DNA of 60,463 bases from a virus (Duplodnaviria; Caudoviricetes): positions 1 to 60,463 of IMG/VR virus record IMGVR_UViG_3300011335_000321, one strand, 5' to 3'. The notes beneath the pieces were generated by a model that ran no database searches, was not told where the DNA came from, and saw nothing but the letters and a program-made list of their open reading frames with translations. Of the stretch, positions 54,155-60,463 are shown one piece after another. The translations under genes and the position numbers were made by a program. Every line of letters begins with the position of its first letter. The stretch's first letter is position 1.

Positions 54155-56728
54155 TTATGCAGGTAAATACTTTTCAGCGCGGGAGTTTTTAGCCACGCGG
54201 CCTTTGCCCACTGTTTTGCCTCGTGCGGCCTGAATTCTGTCCATCATTTTGTAGAGCTTACGAGCACCTGCTTCAGTAGAGCCGTTGCCCAATTCTGACA
54301 CGATACGGGCTGGAACAACAAACTCACCATCGGCAAGGCGTGCGGGTTGCCTTTTACCAATCATGGCAGGGATGCTGTCGGACACACCATCACCGGGGCC
54401 ACGAAGCAGACGGCCACCATCAGAGTAGCCGCCCAAAGAACCAAGACCGCCGCCCATGGCGTAGCCGGGGGACATCAGACCGCCGTTTGCGGCAAACATC
54501 TCACTAGAACTTAAATCGTCAAGATATTTTCCACCGCCACCGCCACCACCCATGCCGCCAAAGCTACCAAGGTTGCCAAAGTCGTCGGACTGCTCATAGC
54601 CGGTGTCACCAAAATCGCCACCAGCATCGCCAACTTCAACGTAGCTGCCAGTATCAGGATCAAATGTGTCCGCCACATCAGCAGGTACGTACGAAGATTC
54701 GGGCAACGTTACTGTCGCACCGCCATCGGGGGTGTCTTGTACAACAGGGGCATTAACTACTTTTTCTACGACCTCTGGCATATTGACTGTTGCACCGCCA
54801 TCAGGTTGCGTAACCGCAGTTTCTGCGGGCATTGTGACCGTAGCCCCGCCATCTGGCGTTGCAACTGTTTCTGGTTTGATGTACTGGTCAAACTCTTCTG
54901 GCAGATCGCCACCACCACCTTTTCTTGGCCCAACTTCCTCCGCAGGAAGAACGCCGGGAGTGGCGGGTTGCATATCCACAATACCCGTTCTATCAGGCAC
55001 AGCTGGGATTTCAGGCAAGTCAAGTTCTCGCTCTGGAATAATCCTAGGTATTGTTTCGCGGTAAACATCATCCGTAATAGTACTGACAATTGGTTTAGTA
55101 CGAATACTTGGCACAAAATCATCAGTTATGGTTGTAGCTGTGGGTGTTGTAGGAGTAACAGGTGTTGTAGGAGTAACAGGTGTTGTAGATGGGAAATCAG
55201 CGTCTGGACTTGGCATCACAGGCGTTGTCGTTGTAGTAGGCAGTGTTGTAAGACCGCCACCTATGATGGGACTAGCGCCTCCACCGCCACCGCCACCGCC
55301 AGTTGTAGGTGCAGCCGGAGTAGTGGGTGTTGTTGGTTGTGGTATGTAAACAGGCTGCGGTGTGTATGCAGGCGCGTCTGGTCTTGTTGAGTTTGTTAAA
55401 CCCATCAAATAGTTGTACGCGGCTTGTGCGCTACCGTCACGAACACTAGTAGCACCACCTTCGGCAAACTTTTTGTACAGATGTGACAAACCACCTTTAG
55501 CAAAAGCGCCATCAGCACCAACACCATCACTACCGGGGCCACCAGAACCATCACTACCGGGGCCAACACCATCGGAGCTTGAGCTATCACTACTACTGCT
55601 GGTATCACCAAAATCGGCTGAATCCGAAGCAGAAACGCCTGCGCCAGCCGTACCAACTCCACCCGAGCCGCCGCCAACGCCAGAGCCGCTATCGCCACCA
55701 CCAAATTCATAGTTTGAAACAGTTGCAGGTGCAGGTTTAGTTTCTGTTTCCCCGTTTGCAGGGATAAATGTGTAGGCTTTCTTGTCAGAATCCCACGCGT
55801 AACGACCCTCAGCCGCAGGGTTAATTGAAGTCTGTGTTTGCGTCTGTGTATTTTGTTGAGGTTCTTTAGGTGCAATACCCATCAAGTATTCATACGCGGC
55901 TTGGGAGTCCCGATAAGGGCTTGTGCCGGGCATTTGTGTAATTGTTTTGGGTGCGCCAATCTCACCACCACCGGCATAGCCTAAGTCTCTAACACGGACA
56001 GGGTTTAACGCTCTGGCCGTTTGTGTCATTGGGTCGTAGTCAAAGTTACGGATATAGCCGGGGTTATCCAGTTTTGTAACAGTTTGAACGCCTTGGTCAG
56101 CCAGCAACGGAGATGTTGCAGCCAAAAGTGAACCAGCATTTTGCTTGGCAAAGCTACCAAATGCGGAAGGGTCTTTTGTGATTGCGTTGAAGCCCGCACC
56201 AAGCTTGTCAAAGTTAGATGCGGCTGCGGCGTTAGCTGCAGGGGCAGTAGCTGCGTTTTGGAACCCTAAAGATTGTGCTTGAGCATCTGTCAAAGAGCTT
56301 GCCAAATTAGCGCCTTCTTGTGCAGCAGCACCCACACCCGCACCCATCACACCACCAGCAAGGCTAGCGCCACCATAAGCACCCAAGCCAGCCATCAAAC
56401 CTTTTTGTAAGTTTCCAGTAGCCAAACCTGTAATACCACCAAGGCCAATCGCTGTACCAGCCGCACCGCCCACGCCCAACATACCGCCAATAGCTGTACC
56501 AAAGCCGGGAGCAAACGCATTAAGTGCAAAGCCAGCAAGTGCTGGCAACAACTTCTTAAGGAAGCCCGCTTCTGGCAGACCTGTGTCTGGGTTGATGGTT
56601 AACGAGCCGCCATGCGCCAAAGCCAAAGCTTGCAAGCCTGCAACTTCTTGGGGGGCCATGTGCACCAGCGTTGTGTCTGGGCCGCGACCGCGTGCGGCCA
56701 TGTGATCTGCGAGGGCGTGTAGGCTCAT
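54155..56728 (-). CDS. Low-complexity internal virion / pilot protein
   Basis: INP.TGLPEA N-terminus, Gly-rich hydrophobic segment, Pro/Thr repeats, C-terminal GPGDGVSDSIPA...LADGEFV domain. Confidence 0.8.
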   Translation of the reverse strand: MSLHALADHMAARGRGPDTTLVHMAPQEVAGLQALALAHGGSLTINPDTGLPEAGFLKKLLPALAGFALNAFAPGFGTAIGGMLGVGGAAGTAIGLGGITGLATGNLQKGLMAGLGAYGGASLAGGVMGAGVGAAAQEGANLASSLTDAQAQSLGFQNAATAPAANAAAASNFDKLGAGFNAITKDPSAFGSFAKQNAGSLLAATSPLLADQGVQTVTKLDNPGYIRNFDYDPMTQTARALNPVRVRDLGYAGGGEIGAPKTITQMPGTSPYRDSQAAYEYLMGIAPKEPQQNTQTQTQTSINPAAEGRYAWDSDKKAYTFIPANGETETKPAPATVSNYEFGGGDSGSGVGGGSGGVGTAGAGVSASDSADFGDTSSSSDSSSSDGVGPGSDGSGGPGSDGVGADGAFAKGGLSHLYKKFAEGGATSVRDGSAQAAYNYLMGLTNSTRPDAPAYTPQPVYIPQPTTPTTPAAPTTGGGGGGGGASPIIGGGLTTLPTTTTTPVMPSPDADFPSTTPVTPTTPVTPTTPTATTITDDFVPSIRTKPIVSTITDDVYRETIPRIIPERELDLPEIPAVPDRTGIVDMQPATPGVLPAEEVGPRKGGGGDLPEEFDQYIKPETVATPDGGATVTMPAETAVTQPDGGATVNMPEVVEKVVNAPVVQDTPDGGATVTLPESSYVPADVADTFDPDTGSYVEVGDAGGDFGDTGYEQSDDFGNLGSFGGMGGGGGGGKYLDDLSSSEMFAANGGLMSPGYAMGGGLGSLGGYSDGGRLLRGPGDGVSDSIPAMIGKRQPARLADGEFVVPARIVSELGNGSTEAGARKLYKMMDRIQAARGKTVGKGRVAKNSRAEKYLPA

Positions 56729-56762
56729 ATCTGCCTCTTAAAATGGGGGTTAATTGAGTTTA

Positions 56763-57431
56763 TCATGGTGGGAGCGCAGACACAAATGAAAGTGTGGCTA
56801 CAACAGAAGCAGTGGACGGTTTAGTTGGCGTGCCAGAGGCCGCATAGTGTTCAATCGTAACTAGGGCGTTTGTGGTTGACCAATAAATTTGAACGTAGTC
56901 GTCAACGTTCATAGACAAAAAGTAATTCCAGCCTTTAATGTCATGGTACGGCACGCCAGCGCTTTTCCTTGCAGGCAAGCCAACCTTACCAGTTGAGCCA
57001 GTAATGTCTGTGCCATTTTGTTTAAGCCAAATAAAAACATCTTGCGGAGCATTGTCTAGGTTTTGAAACTGCGTGCTGAATTGCAAGTTATAGATACCGG
57101 GCTTAGTCACTTTAATCTTGGAGCCAATATCAAGGCCAACACTGTTTGAAAAGTCCGTTACAGATAACGCCATCAACGTAGCAGTGTTAGCTGTTGTTGT
57201 TTGGGATGTAAAGTCTGAAAATGCCCCATACGGAAACCTAACCCCAGAGCCATCGATAGCGCCTGATCCTGTTTTTAACTGACCAATAATGTTGTCAAGC
57301 TGATTAAAGTACAGGCGCAGAATGTTATTGAGTTGGTCAACGTAGTGAGGGTCGTACTGCTTTGTAGCAACGGGCAGGCGCGGAGCGACAACCCTATTGA
57401 GTTCGTACTCTGACGTAACAATCAAAGACAT
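56763..57431 (-). CDS. Tail-associated structural protein
   Basis: NILRLYFNQL coil followed by a beta-sandwich (GIYNLQFS.Q). Confidence 0.75.
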   Translation of the reverse strand: MSLIVTSEYELNRVVAPRLPVATKQYDPHYVDQLNNILRLYFNQLDNIIGQLKTGSGAIDGSGVRFPYGAFSDFTSQTTTANTATLMALSVTDFSNSVGLDIGSKIKVTKPGIYNLQFSTQFQNLDNAPQDVFIWLKQNGTDITGSTGKVGLPARKSAGVPYHDIKGWNYFLSMNVDDYVQIYWSTTNALVTIEHYAASGTPTKPSTASVVATLSFVSALPP

Positions 57432-59293
57432 CAGCCACCCCTGCGGCCATCAGGCCGGATGTCCATACGGGGAGCGCCCAACTGCCACGTCACACCAAGC
57501 GCATTAGAGTCAATCTTAAACGCCATCTGACGACCGCGCACACGGGTGTTGATCTGCCCCGTAAACTGCTCAACTGGAATGACGGCGGTACGGGTTACAG
57601 CGCCACTGTTGGTGCCCGCTACGGATGCGGGATTGTTATATCCAGAACCTGAGTTTTGCAAGGGCTGCAAATACATCGTAGCTTGCGGGCTTGTGGCAGT
57701 CGACCCGCGGAACGTAATGTCGGGCAGAATACGCCAGACAAAGCCAAAGTTGTGGCCGTCCCCAATGTCAAATTCTGACGAAGAAATATACGCCTCAATT
57801 GGCGTAGCAGTGCCAGTAGTGTTGTCGTCCACACCCTGCTCGTGATTCACCACATTGTAGTTGTACGTAGCGGCCAGTGGGTAGTTACGCAAACCTGAGT
57901 CAAGCCAAGCTGTACGCGCCATAGTGCCGTAGTACCAGATGTCTTCTTCGTAGTTATACACCACGTACTTGTCAACTGTAAATGAATTTTCAGAGCAGTA
58001 GAAGAACCACACCTCATTGAAACCCTCGTTGGTACTTGCAAACACTTGCTCGTACTGGGCTTGGTTGATGACACTGAAAATGTATTCGCGCAGGGCACAA
58101 CGCAAAGTCTGCACACGGCCATCGTATTTGTAGAACTTGTCCACACCCATCCAGTACGTAACGCCAGAAGCAATAGCCGCGGCGTTGGGGCCTACGATAG
58201 AGATGTTGTCTGCAAGCAACTGTGAACTCCACACAAAAGGCGGGCCAAGGTACTGGAGCGAGTACAGAGAAGAGTCTGTCCAGACCACAATCTCTTGACG
58301 AGACTGTAGCGCAGTCACAATGCGTGAGCCGTGCGATAGGCGGATGCTGCCTGCTTGGTTGGTAATGGCGGGTGTCCACTGCACAGGGTCTTCTTGGTCA
58401 GACCAACGAATCAGCATCGGGTCAAGGATGGTGTCACCAATTTCATTAGTACCAAACACAATCACAAAGCGGCTGGCGTCTGAGACAAGCAGGAAGTTTT
58501 GGTGCAACGGCACATCAGATGCACCGGGCAAAGAGGACAAAAGTACGCCGCGTGTGGTCAAACTTGTAGCCGCGTCCCAGTAGTAAATGCCTTCACCGCG
58601 TGGGCCAAAGATCAAGTTCTGACCAAAGTTAGTTTGGTTCCAAATACGCAGTGCATCGGTTGATGCAGAGCCAACACCCCATGTGCCAGACCCCCAAGAG
58701 CCAGCGCCCCAACCAGACAAGGGTACTGCATATTCAGGGCCGGGATTGATTTGATATGCCGCTGATACTGCGGCTCCACCGCCCACAGCCGTTGAAGTTG
58801 CAGGGGATGCCGCCGTGATCTCATATGTGGTGGTTGCTGTGCCGGGAATCGTGATCTGGTACTGACCATTGAGGGTCAAACCGCCCACAGCAGTAGCGCC
58901 ACTGAACGTCACAAAAGCACCATTGGCATAGCCACCAGCGGCATCCGTCACCGTGACGGTGGTTGAATTAAGGGTAGTGGAGAAGGGGTTGTTGGCCAGC
59001 GTAAGGGTTGCGCGGATGGGGGTAATGTCGTTGTATGCCCCGCCGTTCTCGATGTAGAACTTCAAGTTTGTGCCCACACCCAGCAGGTTCTGGCTACCCA
59101 GCGTCACCCAATTCCACAGTGACCTGCACACACCCAAGAAGGTGGTCGCAGAGATGCGTTGCCACCCGCCGATTTTCTCAGGCGTGCCTTGGCGGAACCG
59201 AACTTTGTCACAGTCGTACCAGCCACCTTCGGTTGTGTACCTTGTATTCTCCCGGTTGACGCCCGGCTTGAAGAGGATTTTCTGTAATGGCAT
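57431..59293 (-). CDS. Tail nozzle / tubular protein B-like
   Basis: 620 aa; VRFR.G.PEKIGGW, IRWSDQE, beta-propeller-like; precedes the ejection proteins. Confidence 0.75.
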   Translation of the reverse strand: MPLQKILFKPGVNRENTRYTTEGGWYDCDKVRFRQGTPEKIGGWQRISATTFLGVCRSLWNWVTLGSQNLLGVGTNLKFYIENGGAYNDITPIRATLTLANNPFSTTLNSTTVTVTDAAGGYANGAFVTFSGATAVGGLTLNGQYQITIPGTATTTYEITAASPATSTAVGGGAAVSAAYQINPGPEYAVPLSGWGAGSWGSGTWGVGSASTDALRIWNQTNFGQNLIFGPRGEGIYYWDAATSLTTRGVLLSSLPGASDVPLHQNFLLVSDASRFVIVFGTNEIGDTILDPMLIRWSDQEDPVQWTPAITNQAGSIRLSHGSRIVTALQSRQEIVVWTDSSLYSLQYLGPPFVWSSQLLADNISIVGPNAAAIASGVTYWMGVDKFYKYDGRVQTLRCALREYIFSVINQAQYEQVFASTNEGFNEVWFFYCSENSFTVDKYVVYNYEEDIWYYGTMARTAWLDSGLRNYPLAATYNYNVVNHEQGVDDNTTGTATPIEAYISSSEFDIGDGHNFGFVWRILPDITFRGSTATSPQATMYLQPLQNSGSGYNNPASVAGTNSGAVTRTAVIPVEQFTGQINTRVRGRQMAFKIDSNALGVTWQLGAPRMDIRPDGRRGG

Positions 59294-59301
59294 CGGCAGT
59301 C

Positions 59302-59808
59302 CTAGGATAGAAACAGTGCTTTTTCAGCGTCCCTGCGCTTTTTTAGCCCTGCGAGTATTTTGCCACCAGCCATGCAATACAGCAAGAGTGCGTCTGCTGC
59401 GCCTTCCCAGTCTCCTCGGTTTATTTTCATCCGAATAGAAGACCGCTGAAAAGCCCCCACTCCGGCGTTGAAGGCAAAGCTGACGCACGCATCGAAAGCC
59501 CCTTGACGACCAGATAAAGCGGGAGCAAGTCTAAGAACACCACGTTCAGTAGGCCCGACGTCATCTTCGAATAGTTTATTGATTTCTTCTTTAGTCCAAA
59601 CACGGTTGTCCTCCGGTCTTAGTGGCATTTCTTTGCGGATCATCGGGGTGTCTTTACCTTCTACCCTGACCACGGGAAGCTTGATTTGTTCTTGGTACAG
59701 AACATGACCATAACCAATCGTCCAAATATGGGCTGGGCAAAGGTACGGCTTAGTGCGATACCCCTCCCACTGATGCATCAACTTAGCGCCAGCTTCGCCC
59801 AGTTTCAT
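59302..59808 (-). CDS. Endolysin, GH24 phage lysozyme
   Basis: EG....PY.C....WTIGYGH, FDA.VSF.FN.G, GL..RR..E..LF. Confidence 0.92.
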   Translation of the reverse strand: MKLGEAGAKLMHQWEGYRTKPYLCPAHIWTIGYGHVLYQEQIKLPVVRVEGKDTPMIRKEMPLRPEDNRVWTKEEINKLFEDDVGPTERGVLRLAPALSGRQGAFDACVSFAFNAGVGAFQRSSIRMKINRGDWEGAADALLLYCMAGGKILAGLKKRRDAEKALFLS

Positions 59809-60308
59809 TTCTTGCTCCAGCCGCGAGAGCCGAACCAGTAACCAATGATAGCGCCCAACATAGCCATTTCGTCAGAGCTAAAGATAACCTCAGACAGACG
59901 AATCAGGTCGTCCATGTTCAGAACCAAATGCGGGTTGTTGTAGACGTAGAACGCAATCCAAGCATTAATCAAGCACAGCTCAACCACAAAAATGTAGGTG
60001 ATTGTTGGGCGTACAGTGCCTACATAACTAGAAACCCAGCCCGCAGCTTTTGCCAATACAGCCTTGTCATGGTCGTAAGCCGCCACGGTCATCTCTGCAT
60101 CGGTCTGCATGGCGATCTGATCGGTGCGGATTTCTTCAATCTTTTGCTGGGCGGCAAAGCCTTGAGCCAGCATCTGAAGCTCTTTCTCCGTCTGAATACG
60201 AGCCAATGCTAGCTCATGGCGCTGGTCAGCTTTGTTCTGAAAGAACTCTAGCAGTTTGGGCAGGCCAGAGATCAGCAAACCGCCAAGGGTTGAGAATAAA
60301 GATAGCAT
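59805..60308 (-). CDS. Holin-like membrane protein
   Basis: VRP.ITY, transmembrane helices, IIGYWFGSR; ATGA-coupled to the endolysin. Confidence 0.72.
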   Translation of the reverse strand: MLSLFSTLGGLLISGLPKLLEFFQNKADQRHELALARIQTEKELQMLAQGFAAQQKIEEIRTDQIAMQTDAEMTVAAYDHDKAVLAKAAGWVSSYVGTVRPTITYIFVVELCLINAWIAFYVYNNPHLVLNMDDLIRLSEVIFSSDEMAMLGAIIGYWFGSRGWSKK

Positions 60309-60463
60309 TTAAAGTCCAATCATTCCAAGAAGTTTATCCACAATCTTTCCCGCCAACTCGTCTGTAAGGTACTGGAGCAATCCGAGCACCCACCACGCCA
60401 CGCACAGCCTGACAAAGACTTTGAGAAACATATCAAACTGTTTCTGGTACTCATTCACCGCCC
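60239..60463. repeat. Terminal direct repeat, right copy
   Basis: Matches 1-225 with one mismatch; genes continue across the junction. Confidence 0.97.

Noticed and set aside
1-60463. Prophage, integrase or alternative genetic code
   Set aside because: No recombinase, att-flanked host genes or partition genes recognised; long genes are intact in the standard code

Overview
The window is an apparently complete ~60.2 kb tailed dsDNA phage genome (podovirus-like gene set). Its ends overlap in a 225-bp direct repeat (1-225 = 60239-60463, one mismatch). There are two divergent arms. The minus-strand late arm runs from 20011 through the wrap to 41572: terminase small and large subunits, portal, GroES-like protein, scaffold, Mu-gpT-like major capsid, small basic proteins, tail and tail-fibre proteins, lysis genes, ejection proteins, a 2821-aa polyvalent protein, and two HNH insertions. 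The plus-strand early/replication arm (20537-41612) has many small ORFs, a Zn-peptidase, VRR-NUC, a family A DNA polymerase, a Cas4-like nuclease, an SNF2 helicase, an SSB-like protein, a Cro-like HTH and a primase-helicase. I found no integrase, tRNA or CRISPR array. The most striking unannotated signals are non-coding. (1) A predicted ~85-nt sRNA, fired from a bidirectional promoter shared with the late operon, whose core is the exact reverse complement of an extended ribosome-binding site found at ~15 early/replication genes and almost absent from late genes. (2) Two mutually complementary structured RNA elements flanking a small membrane-protein gene. (3) Five copies of a 17-bp palindrome punctuating the first early genes. 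(4) A 65-bp inverted repeat around an AT-rich core (candidate origin). (5) A pseudoknotted RNA downstream of the capsid gene. A recurring hydrophobic-x-x-Gly-Gly motif also marks putative internal virion proteins. All product calls come from motif recognition and gene order by eye; no database searches were run.
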